Positions 50,253 to 62,570 of a stretch of DNA of 64,000 nt are shown here, in pieces (positions within the stretch are counted from its first letter, which is position 1; each line of letters opens with the position of its first letter). Both the position numbers and the translations under genes were made by a program. The notes under the pieces were generated by a model. That model saw nothing but the letters and a program-made list of their open reading frames with translations. It had not been told where the DNA came from and ran no database searches. Origin of the DNA: Squalus acanthias. Taxonomy: Eukaryota. The stretch lies in assembly GCA_030390025.1 (NCBI GenBank), contig CM059432.1:137704001-137768000 (forward strand). The letters run 5' to 3'.

Positions 50253-50380
50253 ACCATTTTATTAGATCATGATTAATCTGCATCTTAACTCTATGGATTG
50301 ATACCCTTACCTATAGGAAAGTACAATATAGTTTGACATTGCTGCTGGTAGAATTGTAACTTTTGCAATTCTGCTACTAA

Positions 50381-53200
50381 AACAACAACAACTTGCATTT
50401 ATATAGCGCCTTTAACATAGTAAAATGTCCCACGCTGCTTCACAAGAGTGTTGTAAAACAAGATTTGACACCGAGGCACATAAGGATATATTAGGGCAGA
50501 TGATCAAAAGCTTGCTCAAAGAGGTAGGTTTTAAGGAGCCTCTTAAAGAAGGAAAGAGAGGTAGCGAGGCAGAGAGGTTTAGGGAGGGAATTCCAGAGCT
50601 TAGGGCCCAGGCAGCTGCACGGCCACCAAAGGATGAGCGATTATAATCAGGGATGCTCAAGAGGCCAGAATTAGAGGAGCGCAGATATCTCGGAGGGTTG
50701 TGAGGCTGAAGGAGATTACAGAGATAGGGAGGGGTGAGGCCTTGGAGGGATTTGAAAACAAGGATGAGAATTTTAATATCGAGGCATTGCTTAACCAGGA
50801 CCATAGGGGTGATGGGTGAACGGGACTTGGTGCAAGTTAGGACATGGGCAGCCGAGTTTTGGATGACCAAGTTTTCGTAGGATAGAACGTGGGAGGCTGG
50901 CCAGGAGTGCGTTGGAATAGTCAAGTCTAGAGGTAACAAAGGCATGGATGAGGGTTTGAGCAGCAGATGAGCTGAGGCAGGGGCGGAGACGGGCGATGTT
51001 ACGGACGAGGAAATAGGCGGTCTTAGTTATGCCACGGATATGTGGTCAGAAGCTCATTTCAGGGCCAAATTTGACAACAAGGTTCCGAACAGTCTGGTTC
51101 AGCCTCAGACAGATGTTAGGGAGAGGGATGGAGTCAGTGGCTAGGGAACAGAGTTTGTGGCAGGGACTGAAGACAATGACTTCAGTCTTCCCAATATTTC
51201 GCTGGAGGAAACTTCTGCTCATCTAGTACGGGGTGTCGGACAAGCAGCCTGACAATTTAGAGACTGTGGAGGGGTCGAGAGAAGTGATGGGGAGATGGAG
51301 CTGGGTGTTGTCAGCGTACATGTGGAAACTGAGGCTGTGTTTTCGGATGATGTCACTGAGGGACAGCATATAGATGAGAGATAGGAGGAGGCTAAGAATA
51401 AATCCTTGGGGGACACCAGAGGTAACGATCCGGGAGCAGGAAGAGAAGTCACTGCAGGTGATTCTCTGGCTACAATTAGATAGATAAGAATGAAACCAGG
51501 CGAGTGCAATCCCACCCAGCTAGACAACGGTGAAGAGGTGTTAGAGGAGGATGGTGTGGTCAACCGTGTCAAAGGCTGCAGACAGTTCGAGAAGGACGAG
51601 GAGGGACAGTTTACCTTTGTCACAGTCACATAGGATGTCATTTGTGACTCTGATAAGAGTCTTTTCGGTACTGTGGCAGGAGCGGAAACGTGATTGGAGG
51701 GATTCAAACCTGGAGTTCCGGAAAAGGTGGGCACAGATTTGGGAGGCGACAACACGTTCAAGGACTTTGGAGAGGAAAGGGAGGTTGGAGATGGGGCGGT
51801 AGTTTGCAAGGACGGAGGGTCAAGGTTGTTTTTTTTGAGGAGAGAGGTGATGACAGCAGATTTGAAGGAGAGGGGACAATACCTGAGGAGAGAGAACCAT
51901 TAATAATAGCAGTTAACATGGGAGCCAGAAAAGGAAGTTGGGTGATCAGCAGTTTAGTGGGAATAGGGTCGAGGGAGCAGGAAGTGGTCTCATGGACAAG
52001 ATGAGCGTGGAGAGGGCATGAGAGGAGATCGGAGAGAAACTGGAGAAAAATGCGAGTTCAGGGCTAGGGCAGGGAGCACCTTAGAGGAAGTTTGGCCCGG
52101 TGGGCTTGGGGAAGGAAGGGAATTGGCAGAGGCAGCTGAACGGATGGTCGCAATCATAGTGACAAAAAGGTCCACGAGTTCCTTGCATTTGTTGTTGGAG
52201 GTGAAGGTGAAGGAGACGGGGGGAGAGGGGTTTAAGAAGACGGTTTGCAGTAGAGAAAAGAAGCCGGGGGTTATCTCTGCATTCCACAATGGAGGTTGAA
52301 ATCACAGAGGATGAGAAGTCGCTCGGTGCAGAGGCTGAGGGATGAAAGCAGTGAAGATATCTCGGTAAGAAAATTTTTATGGTACTTAGGTGGGCGTTAG
52401 GGAACGAGAATTTTAAATGAGAGGTGAGAGGGATGGAACCAGGTGAGATGCTCAAAGGAGGAGAACGTGCCAGAGGAGTAGGGGGACAGACCAAGTTGTG
52501 ATTTGGTGCTAAGAGCCACACTGCCATCGCGATGGTCTGGGCGGGGCAAGTGGTGGAAGGTATAGCCAGGCGGGGAGACTTCATTCAGGGGGAAGGGGTC
52601 ATCACCCCTCAGCCAGGTTTCCGTAAAGGCCATGATGTCGATGCAATCATCCACAACAAGCTCATGGATGGCAAGGGCCTTATTCGTAAGTGAATGGACA
52701 TTCTGGAAGGAGATGCGGAGAGTGGCGGTGAAAGCTGATCTGCTGCCAGAGTCCACAGGGTCAGCACCGGGAGGGGTGAGTTTGACGGGGAGGAGATAGG
52801 CAAGATTAGCCCCCAACGGGGGCACGCTGGGCGGGGAGGTAGGAGAGTAGGATGGAGCAGACGGGGTTTCTGCTCATATGGAGGCAGCGACGAGTGCCTC
52901 AATGAGCCCTTCGGAGGATGCCAAGAGAGGCACAGAGAGAAGCTGAAGGCTTATCTAAGAGGGGCATCAAGCCTAGGGCGGCGGCAGGAGAGTAGGAAGG
53001 TCGAAGAGTAATAAAGGGCTGAGGTAGGAATTTGGGAGGGCAGAGTACCTGAGAGGGGAGAAATGAAAGGAGGCGTGACGCCAGGAGAGTGCGGTCAAGG
53101 AGGGGTAGAGAGAAAAGAAAAGGGGCTGGGGTGGGAGAAAAAAGTGGAAATAGAAGTGATGGACTCGGGTCCGGAGCAACAACCAAAATGCGCACACGAA
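50381..53200 (-). mobile_element. L2-clade LINE remnant (endonuclease, partial RT, 3' tail), internally deleted; 5' limit approximate
   Basis: LRISFQNVHSLTNKALAIHELVVDDCIDIMAFTETWLRGDD (APE); RT-region sequence; C-terminal QNSAAHVLT..KILILVFKSL..LRSSNSGLL; 3' end aaaggcgctatataaatgcaagttgttgttgtt. Confidence 0.9.
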
Positions 53201-56200
53201 TGGACACGGAAAACTAAATTTACATAGGCCTGGTTATGTACCAATTATTAGGATACATATATCCTGGTAGTAACAGGGAATAGATGGGCGACAACAGGAG
53301 GGAGTCCAGAGTTAAAGTCAAAGTCAGAGGTCCCGTGGTGGGATAAAGTTGATGTAGGTAGGGTGGAGTTGGCATGGAGCATCGACAAACTGTTGTCCAA
53401 GTTCGGAGACAAGTATACCGGGCGAGTGAAATCCAGAAGCTATTTGAAAGGTAGAGAATTGGAGGATGGAGGTTATTTCGTGGGAATGAAGATCCAGGAG
53501 ATGTGCAGAATCGGTTGCGGGGCAGAAAGACGATGGAGAAGTTGGAGGTCACCATAAGATCCAGAAGCGGCGGAGAAATATACTTCGGTCCAGGAGAGTA
53601 AAACACTAGCCAGAACCATATTGTAGCTGAAAAACCAGTAGAACCAGTCAGCCAGGCTCAGCAGGTTACAGCAGCGGTGGGGGAAGGGCTTAAGCTGATT
53701 AAAGTTACTTTAAAATTTAAGCAACAGAGCAGCAGATCAGAGACACAGCAGAGGAGTCTTACGGTGTAGTCCAGTGCAGAAGCATAGTCTTGATGTCCAG
53801 AGAAGTCCAGGAATTTGGAAGCCAAATTTGAGAAGAGATCCAGGTGCTCAGTGAGAGAAACAGAAAGCAGGCAGTGGGGGTTGGGCACTGGCAGTATCAC
53901 AAATATATTTTTTTTAAACTACGAGCAACTTAGCATTCTTAAAACTGAACGAGCAGTTGAAGCAGACTATGGCCATAAACCAAATTCCACTTCCCACACT
54001 ATATGGTATGGAATCACAATACTGAGCCTATCACTGCAGTTGACTGGGAGGCAAGATGGAAAGTAGATGGTGTGAGCTGTCTCAGGGCAAACCAATTTTG
54101 GAGCAGAGACGTGAAGCAGTTGTTGGGCCCCTTATCTGCAAATGCAAAGGACCTAACGCCTGCTTCAGGCGTGGGTAAAGAGCGTCTTGTTTGTCCTTGC
54201 CCAATATGGCGGGCGGCACACTTCCGGTCGGATGCGCTTGCTGCCCGCCATTTTGGGGACTTAGGAGACCGCGTAGAGACTGAAAAACAGCCACTACGCG
54301 ACCCAATTTCTAGGCCAAGGTTTTACCTTTCTACTATTCTTCCCCTTTTGCACCTCCCCCCCCATAAGAAATGCTAAGTAGGTATAAAATTTCACTAAAG
54401 TTTCAAAAATTATGAGTAGATAACGTTAATGGCAAGACTTCCTTGTACAATTCAATGTTATCTTTTCAACATAAGAACATAACATTAGAAAGCATGGAAT
54501 AAGACAAAGGACATTCAGCCATCAAGCTCACTCACTGCAGAGATCATGTTCAGTCTACCCAGTCATGGACTGTACCTCAGCTATTTGATCTTCTGAAGGA
54601 ATGCTTCCTGGTCTCCAAATGGCTGTCAAGCAGAATATTTATACGTCCTCACATCTTCATTACGCAAGCCTGGCAAGCTCCAGTTTACCGACACGCCCTG
54701 GGGCCACACAGCACAGGGAACCATCACATCCCATGCTGTGCTCCATCATCTGATCATTTCTGATACTGTTCCTAACCAGATTTTTACCCAGATACTTGTG
54801 AAGGAGTTAATCAACACAGCATCAACTGCTTTTATTGGCTGTCTGTTCCACATGCCCACTACCCTTTGGGGAAAAGAGGCCTTCTAATCTCTAGTCTCAT
54901 TTGACACTTTTTAATTTTCAACGCTCTGTTTTGTTACTCAGAGTCTAACTCAAATAGCTTGCTTACATCTACACCATCTATGTATCTCAGCATTTTAAAG
55001 ACCCAGACACCATCCCCCCAAACACCTCAACCTTCTTTTCTCTAACAAAAAACAATCTTAGCTTTACAAGTCCCTCCTAATATAAAACCCCAAGGCCCAG
55101 AAATATACTTCTTTCCGTACCTGAAGCCTCTCCAATAATTCAGTGTTCTTTTGAAAGTAAGGTGACCAAAATTGCACACAATATTTCAAATATGACCTCT
55201 ATGTAAATATGATCTATACAAGGTTTAAACAACCACTTCTAACTTATACTCATAGGCTGTTGAGGCCTAGCCTATGATCTAGCAGTATAAAAAGTTTGTC
55301 ACTCAATAGATGGTTTTTCTCATACCTCTGGATATCAGTGCTCTGAATTTCTGATGAGATTCTCCCGATCTCCTGTCGCAACTTCGATGATACCCCAAAG
55401 ACAGGGACTGTACAGTTGTGCTTAGCCATTTATGCCATTTCCCCAGGGGGTCTGCCAATCTCCTGCCGAGGACCACTGCGCAACTTCCAGGTGCAACTCT
55501 CATTCTCTCCATCACAGCCTTTCTTGTCTCTCTTCCTATTTTACCAATACTACCATGGTCATTGCTCCTCTGAACATTATTCTCCTGTTTATCTCACGCC
55601 CCAAATGTACTATTTTACAGTCTTTTTCCTCCCTGCGTAAAGACTCAATTAGACAGTTTCCTACTCTAACTCAGTCTCTCCTCAAAACTGTAGAACTCCC
55701 ATAGCTCCCTTAGTCTTCCTTTTCTCCACCAATCTGCAGGCTTTTAAAAGCCAAGATTGGCATCACCTAACCACTGCCTCTTGATTTGCCTCATCTTCGG
55801 TTATCTTTTCAAATTTTGGTAGTATCTCACACGACGGGCCTTGACCCTTCACATAGGTTTATGCCAAAAACTGGTCCGATTGGGTGATAACAGCTGGAAA
55901 CTGTTGGTGAATGTAATTATGCCTAATCCTTTTGTTTCCACTTTTGCTAATACTCCATCATGTACACGATTACTGTTTCCTGTTCCAATATGTATTAACT
56001 TACCATTTATCTGCATTAAAATTCATCAGCTATTCTTTAGTCTTTGTGCGTTACTGGAATGATGACATCTGTTATGCAGCTAAGCTGCCATGGGAAAATT
56101 ACAAAATGATTGTCCTGGGGACAGAGGGAAGCAAATATCTCTCCCCTCAGACATTACTTTCAAATTTGTATTCCAAACATTATGCTCCTGTTAAGAAAAT

Positions 56201-56287
56201 GAAGGCCCTTCCTCCTTTTTCTGTTAATTTTCTCCCGATTTCCTCCTGAAGACATTTTAATTTTGATTGGGTAAAGAAAAAGTAAGA

Positions 56288-56739
56288 CTTGCATTTATAT
56301 AGCGCCTTTCACAACCTCAGGATGTCTCAAAGCGCTTTACAGCCAATGAAGTACTTTTTGAAGTGCAGTCACTGTTGTAATGTAGGAAACGCAGCAGCCA
56401 ATTTGTGCACAGCAAAGTCCCACAAACAGCAATGTGATAATGACCAGATAATCAGTTTTAATGATGTTGATTAAGGGATAATTACTGGATGGGACACCAG
56501 GGATAACTCCACTGCTCTTCTTCGAAATAGTGCATGGCATCTTTTATGTCCACCTGAGAGAGCAGACGGGGCCTCGGTTTAACATCTCATCCGAAAGACG
56601 GCACCTCTGACAGTGCAGCCCTCGCTCAGTACTGCATTGGAGTGTCGTCCTAGATCTCTGGGCTCAAGTCTCTAGAGTGGGATTTGAACCCACAACCTTC
56701 TGACTCAGAGGGGAGAGTGCTACCCACTGAGCCACGGCT
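56288..56739 (-). mobile_element. SacSINE1/DeuSINE-like SINE, full length
   Basis: Reverse-complement match to 18587-19038 over the whole length. Confidence 0.9.
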
Positions 56740-57218
56740 GTCACTGAGTGAATGCAGGTTACTACCCGGTCCCTCCCCTCACCAGATAGCCATTAAACAT
56801 GTGTGAGCCTCAACACTGAGGGTTAGCAGGCTATTTAACCACAAGGGTCATCACAGCCAAGGCCAACTCTTCACCCAATGTCTGCATGCACACATTTCCA
56901 GCAAGTGTCAGGAGAGATTACCCTGGTCAATCTCCCCCTCCCTAACACTGAGGCCAACTGCAATACCACCCGAGATCAGCTAACTCAACACAAATAACAA
57001 AACCGAACCTGGACCCTTCTCGGTCTGCATGATTCTACTGCATACTGCCTTAACCAGTTGAGTCATCAGGGGGCGGGGAAAGCTTATTTTATCTTTTGAG
57101 TATTTGATATTGATACCATTGCTTTTATGATGTTATTTAAATAAGCGCGCCGTTGGATGTAATTTGAGGGCCTTTTGAATTTTGAAACCTTTGAAGGGGC
57201 AGAAATAAGTATGCTGAC

Positions 57219-57379
57219 CTTGTCATTTTCCTCATGCTCCCGCAGGTGGCGCTGTAACTGATTGTACTTGGGAAACGTTTGGAAACAAACACCACATTTA
57301 TGAGCACCTCGATACTGAGAGTCCTGGGGCTCAAGAAAGCCATTTGCTGCATTGTCGGCATTCAGTTCCAGCAAGTTAT
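57219..57379 (-). CDS. ZNF236: ZNF236 internal coding exon (first found in window; 1 C2H2 finger)
   Basis: tttacag|AT..AAG|gtcagc boundaries, 161 nt; encodes (D)NLLELNADNAANGFLEPQDSQYRGAHKCGVCFQTFPKYNQLQRHLREHEENDK, matching the ZNF236 N-terminal finger as recalled. Confidence 0.93.
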
Positions 57380-58172
57380 CTGTAAAAGTAAAGCAAAAAA
57401 GTGTTAACAAGATGCAGCCCCAATGTTAATGTATAAAAAGCAAAATATTGTGGAGGCTGGAAATCCGTATATATATATTTTTAAAAGTATTCATGTAATG
57501 TGCTTATTTGAAGTCATGTCAGTAACAGACTATGAATCATAGACTGAATAACTGTTCTAAACTAAAATAACACTGTTTCTCTCTCCTCGATGCTGCCTGA
57601 CCTGCTGAGTGTTTCCAGCACTTCCTGTTGTTATTTCAGATTTCCAGCATCCACAGTATTTTGCTATTGTTCTGAACTAAAGTTTGTTCTCCTAAGGTAT
57701 ACCCAGAGTTACTGATCAAATGCTATACCTAACCCAGTTTTCAAACTGTAAAGAAACCCTTTTTTTCAATCCACCTTTTTCTGTTTTCTCCCTCCTCTCT
57801 TGAAGGCACTAACTCATGCTGCGGCACATCTCAGCCATATAGCCGTTACTTATTTACGAGCCTAAACAGTCAAGTCAGCAGGCTACTCCACCACAGGGGG
57901 TTTGGGCCATCACAGCCCCAATATCATCTTGCCTGACTTCTACATGTGTACTTTCAGCAGGGGTTGCTGGATTAGCAGTTAGGAGCTGGAACTCTGAGCT
58001 AACCCAGAGTGTTGAGACCAATTGTGGCGCTTACTTCTACCATGATTGAGGCGAGCTTGCTCAACACAAGGAGTTAGCGATCTGTACGGCTCAACTAGTC
58101 CATGTCCTTAACCAGCTATGAAAGTGAGAAGTCGCACAACACCAGGTTATAGTCCAACAGCTTTATTTGAAA

Positions 58173-58209
58173 TCACAAGCTTTCGGAGCGCTGCTCCTTC
58201 GTCAGGTGA
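58173..58209 (-). ncRNA. Minimal type I hammerhead ribozyme motif (intact core), sense to host pre-mRNA
   Basis: UCAC-CUGACGA-A-GGAGC(AGC)GCUCC-GAAA-GCUU-GUGA: CUGANGA and GAAA boxes, 5-bp stem II, 4-bp stem I, palindromic AAGCUU in place of stem III. Confidence 0.75.
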
Positions 58210-58211
58210 AG

Positions 58212-58248
58212 TCAACTGACGAAGGAGCAGCGCTCCGAAAGCTTGTGA
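58212..58248 (+). ncRNA. Hammerhead motif, mirror copy (stem I closing pair mismatched)
   Basis: UCAA-CUGACGA-A-GGAGC(AGC)GCUCC-GAAA-GCUU-GUGA. Confidence 0.6.
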
Positions 58249-58404
58249 TTTCAAATAAAGCTGTTGGACTATAACCTGGTGTTGTGCGACTTCTCACTTT
58301 TGTCCACCCCAGTCCAACACCGGCATCTCCGCATCTTAACCAGCTAAGCTGTAATCAACTGTTAGTCTATAAAGATCCACTGCACTAACTAGTTTCGGCT
58401 TACT

Positions 58405-58950
58405 CTGGGCACCACACTTTAGGAAGGATGTGAAGGCTTTGGAGAGGGTATACAGGAGATTTACTAGAATGGTTCCAGGGATCAGGGATTACAGTTACGT
58501 GGATAGACTGGAGAAGCTGGGGTTGTTCGCCTTAGAGCAGAAAAAGCTAAAAGGAGATTTAATAGAGGTGTTTAAAATCATGAAGTGTATAGATAGAGGA
58601 AATAAAGAGAAACTGTTTCCAGTGGCTGAAGGGTCGATAACCAGAGGGCACAGATTTAAGGTGATTGGCAAAAGAACCAGAGGCGACATGAGGAAAAACT
58701 TTTTTATGCAACGAGTGGTTAGGATTTGGAATGCACTGCCTGATAGGGGGGTGGAGGCAGATTCAATAGTAGCCTTCAAAAGAGAATTGGATAAATACTT
58801 GAAGAAAAAATTGCAGGGATATGGGGAGAGTGGGGTGGGGGGGGGGGGGGGGAGAAAGAGAGTGGGACTAACTGGATTGCTCTTCAAAAGAGCCAGTGCA
58901 GAGTCGATGGGTCGAATGGCCTCTTTCCGTGCTGTACTATTCTATGATTA
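58405..58950 (+). mobile_element. CR1 LINE 3' fragment
   Basis: ORF 58430-58951 ALERVYRRFTRMVP..FFMQRVVRIWNALP; CR1 3'UTR stem and ttctatga tail. Confidence 0.9.
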
Positions 58951-59289
58951 ATGCATGTACTAAAAAGATTAATGTTAATGATTTCATTGCCATACAAATC
59001 TCACTTTTAACAATATAACCATTGAAATAAGGGTTAAATAATATAACCCATCTATCAATCTGAAGGTTTTGAGTATTTTATTGTAGATTCTGTACTGTGG
59101 CATTTTAATAATCAAACCACTGACAAAACAAATATATTTTACAATTAAATCCAACTCACTTTTTACCCAAAGAGAGATTGTATTACAGACAGTTATAAAT
59201 ATATAGAAAAACATAGACGTTAAAACATCAAAACAGGTCATTTGGCCCAACTAGTCCATATCATGGATGAGTCAACACTTCCTCCAATA

Positions 59290-60475
59290 TTTGGAACACA
59301 AGGTTATTGTCTTTGGTCCCCATCATAAACTCCGTTCTCTTGCCACTGTCTCTATCCCTCTTCTTGGCCACTTGCTTAGGCTGAACCAGACCATGCGAAA
59401 ACCTGGCATCCTGCTCAACTCAACCCCTCCGTCGCTGGAACTCTCAGTCATGCTTTTGTTACTTCTGCTCTGTTTCTTCAATGTCTTCCTTGCTGGCTTG
59501 CAATCCTTCACACTCCATAAACTCCCAACTTGTACAAAACTCACTGCCCATGGCCCGCTGCTCACCAAGTCCACTCGCCCATCACCACCTTCCGCGCCAA
59601 CACACACTGGCTCCCTGTTCACCAACACTTTAAATTTAAAATCTCATCCTTATCTTCAAGTCCCTCCACTGCCTCCCTTCACTCTACCTCTGCAATTTCC
59701 TCTAGCCCTACATCCCCTCCAGCACCCTATGGTCTTCGGAATCCGGCCTTTTGTGCACCTCCGACCTTTCATAAAAGAAAGGCGTGCATTTATATAGCAT
59801 CTTTCACGACCAGAGGACATCCCAAAGAAGCTTTCAGCCAATTAAGTATTTTGAAGTGTAATCACTTGTAATGTAGGAAACACAGCAGCCGATTTGCGAA
59901 AAACAAACGCCTATAAACAGCAATTAAATAAAAGACCAAATCATCCGCTTTATGTGTTGGTTGAGGTATAAATATTGGCCCAGGACACTGGAAGAACTTC
60001 CCAAATAGTATCATGGGATATCTTAAGTTCATCCGAGAGGACAGACGGGACCTCGGTTTAACGTCTCACCCGACAGTGCAGCACTCCCTCAGTACTGCAC
60101 TGGGAGTGTCAGCCTAGATTTTGTGCTCAGGTCTCTGGAGTGCGGCTTGAACCCACAACCTTCTGACTGAGAGCCACGAATGCTACCAATGAGCCAAGGC
60201 TGACACTTTCATCCAACCATTGGCAGCAGAGCCTTCAGCTGTCTTAGTGCTACTCTGGAACACCTTCACTATATCCCTCCACCTCTCTACTTATCTCTTT
60301 CCCTTTAAAAACTTTCTCCAAACCTATCTTTTTAACCAAGCTTTTGGTCAACCCATGCTAATCTCTCCCCAATGACTTGCTGTCAGTTCCATTTATCTTT
60401 ATTTCCTCCCCTCTCTATAAAACACCTTGGCACACTTTCTACATTAAAGATACTATATAAATACAAGTTACTGCT
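59290..60475 (+). mobile_element. Degenerate L2 fragment split by a minus-strand SINE (59785-60201)
   Basis: L2-like sequence 59290-59770 resumes at ~60212 (accattggcagcagagccttcagc) and ends tatataaatacaagtt. Confidence 0.75.
59785..60201 (-). mobile_element. SacSINE1/DeuSINE-like SINE
   Basis: Same family as 56288-56739. Confidence 0.85.
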
Positions 60476-61159
60476 GTCAAGAGAAAAAGACACTTTATAA
60501 AATGTAGCTTAAAATTTAATGAAGTCTTTAGCTTATTGCCTACATAAATACAAGTTTGAATAGAATCCAGTTTATTTCATGCTGAAAAGGAAGAAAAAGG
60601 AGGTTGACAAAAGAAATTTCCCTTCAAGTTTGATAATATTTTAAGTAATTGAGGTCCAAGTACAAACTGCGCACAGGAATGCAGCAGGTGGGAAGAAGCA
60701 ATCATTTATTAGATTTGATCAAAGTCCCAAAGGCAAGAGCAAAAGGCCACAGGGACAGTCTCTGATGTACCTGTATTTTCAAAATTAATCCAATGTCTAA
60801 TTAGAGGAGTGCAGCAAAAATCATTCCAACAATTGTAGCTCTATTAGTCCATTTTTTAGAACATTGAACAAGCAAAAAAGGACAACTGTGGTCTTTAAAT
60901 ACACTCGCAACAGCAATCTCCAAATTAAATTGCAGCAGTACATCATCACACGAACATTCAGCTCAACAGGTTATCTGCAGTCTAATAGCACGTCTGATGT
61001 AATATTTGCTCATCGTTAAATGAATCAACACTGTTGAGAGTTTGCATTCCGTCCGACCAAATTTCAATAATGTGGTGGTTTCACCATCAAACCTTTGAGA
61101 GTTTGGATTTTCCCAGTCCTCAATCCTGACATCATTCCCCTACTTGCCCATCATTTATG

Positions 61160-61440
61160 AAATTGAGAAGTCGCACAACACTTGGTTATAGTCCAACAGT
61201 TTTATTTGAAATCACAAGCTTTCGGAGTTACTGCTCATTCGTCGGGTGAAGTAAAGAGATACAGAATCGCCAAAGCATATATATATGCTTTGGCGATTCT
61301 GTATCTCTTTACTTCACCCGACGAAGGAGCAGTAACTCCGAAAGCTTGTGATTTCAAATAAAACTGTTGGACTATAACCTGGTGTTGTGCGACTTCTCAA
61401 TTTTGTCCACCCCAGTCCAACACCGGCATCTCTGCATCAT
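61160..61440. mobile_element. Second palindromic Penelope-like terminal-repeat insertion (244-bp spacerless palindrome), 12-bp TSD
   Basis: 61160-61403 self-complementary about (AT)5 at 61277-61286 with 3 mismatches; direct repeat catcatttatga at 61149-61160 and 61441-61452; same 3' extension tgtccaccccagtccaacaccggcatctc as the 58-kb copy. Confidence 0.85.
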
Positions 61441-62395
61441 CATCATTTATGAGGTATTATATTGCTGAGTAACTTGGCTCTTGATCTTCCTACAGTTAAG
61501 GAGGCGTGGGTCTTTCTTCAGCACCAGAGCAAACCTGCCACGCGTCACTTATGTTGAGATGACTGCACACTCATAAGCTGTAATGACAATTTTATGATGT
61601 ATTGATGCATTTGACTCACTTTAGATCAAGTGTGTGAGAGCGTGTTTCATTTTAAAATGTTTGCACAACCAATTTGGATTTTTTACGATACAAAAATGCT
61701 GTAATGGACTATTCGCCCCAATACAAAACTATTCTTCCTAAAAAGCTATTTAGTATTTAAACTAATGAAGCACTTCTGTCACTTGTTAAAATTTATTCTA
61801 AAAATACCGTTTAGAAATTTAGACACATCCTCTGCAGATATAAATCATGCTTTCAGAAAATCAAAAGCGCAATAGAAATGACCTAATAAAAGAATTTTAA
61901 CACAACCCAGTGCCGTACAGGAATGTGTGTCAAGGTTCATTTTGCAGCAGAGTTCTGCAATCAGCCGTGCCTGCAATGTACAGGATTCAAATAACTATGC
62001 TGCCCCCTGAAGTCTATTGAAGGAAAGGGTATGGCATGTATCAGGTTTGTCCCATTGACCCCTGCAGACACAGATTCCCATTCTCAATGATTAAGCAGCA
62101 TCCCAAAAGAATTGTGCTATGCTGAAACAACAGTGCTTTGCAACTGAGGCTGTGCACAAACAATAGAATACAAGTTCAAGCCCATCATTTCTTGCATGGC
62201 ATTTTCCAATGTCAGCTGCACTGTCTTACAGAGGCACCAAATGAGGACCCGATACAGATCGGCACCGACAAGCCTATAGGAATGTTACCCTTTCTGGGTA
62301 GTGGAGATGTGTGGCAAGGCAGACCTTAGAAAGACGAGATAACTTCCCCCCCCCATAAATAAATATAGATCTGTTAGGATTTTATTCATTACCAG

Positions 62396-62570
62396 CATCA
62401 CTAAAACAGATGATCTGGTCATTATCACATGGCTGTGGGAGCTTGCTGTGTGCAAATTGGCTGCCACATTTCCTACTTTACAACAGTGACTACACTTCAA
62501 AGTATTTCATTGGCTGTAAGGCGCGTTGGGATGTTCCGAGGTCGTGAAAGGCGCTATATAATTGCAAGTC
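62396..62570 (+). mobile_element. 3' half of DeuSINE-like SINE
   Basis: Matches 18858-19038. Confidence 0.8.

Larger units (their letters stand above)
58119..58334. mobile_element. Palindromic Penelope-like-element terminal-repeat insertion (85-bp perfect inverted arms), flanked by 12-bp TSD
   Basis: Arms 58121-58205 and 58216-58300 are exact reverse complements; direct repeat cttaaccagcta at 58107-58118 and 58335-58346; hammerhead core in the arms. Confidence 0.85.

Noticed and set aside
59267..59797. 176-aa ORF
   Set aside because: A pyrimidine-rich degenerate L2 fragment read partly out of frame
58121..61403. CRISPR array or paired LTRs formed by the recurring ~85-bp unit
   Set aside because: The units are inverted pairs, each with its own TSD; there is no repeat-spacer periodicity and no internal retroviral sequence between them
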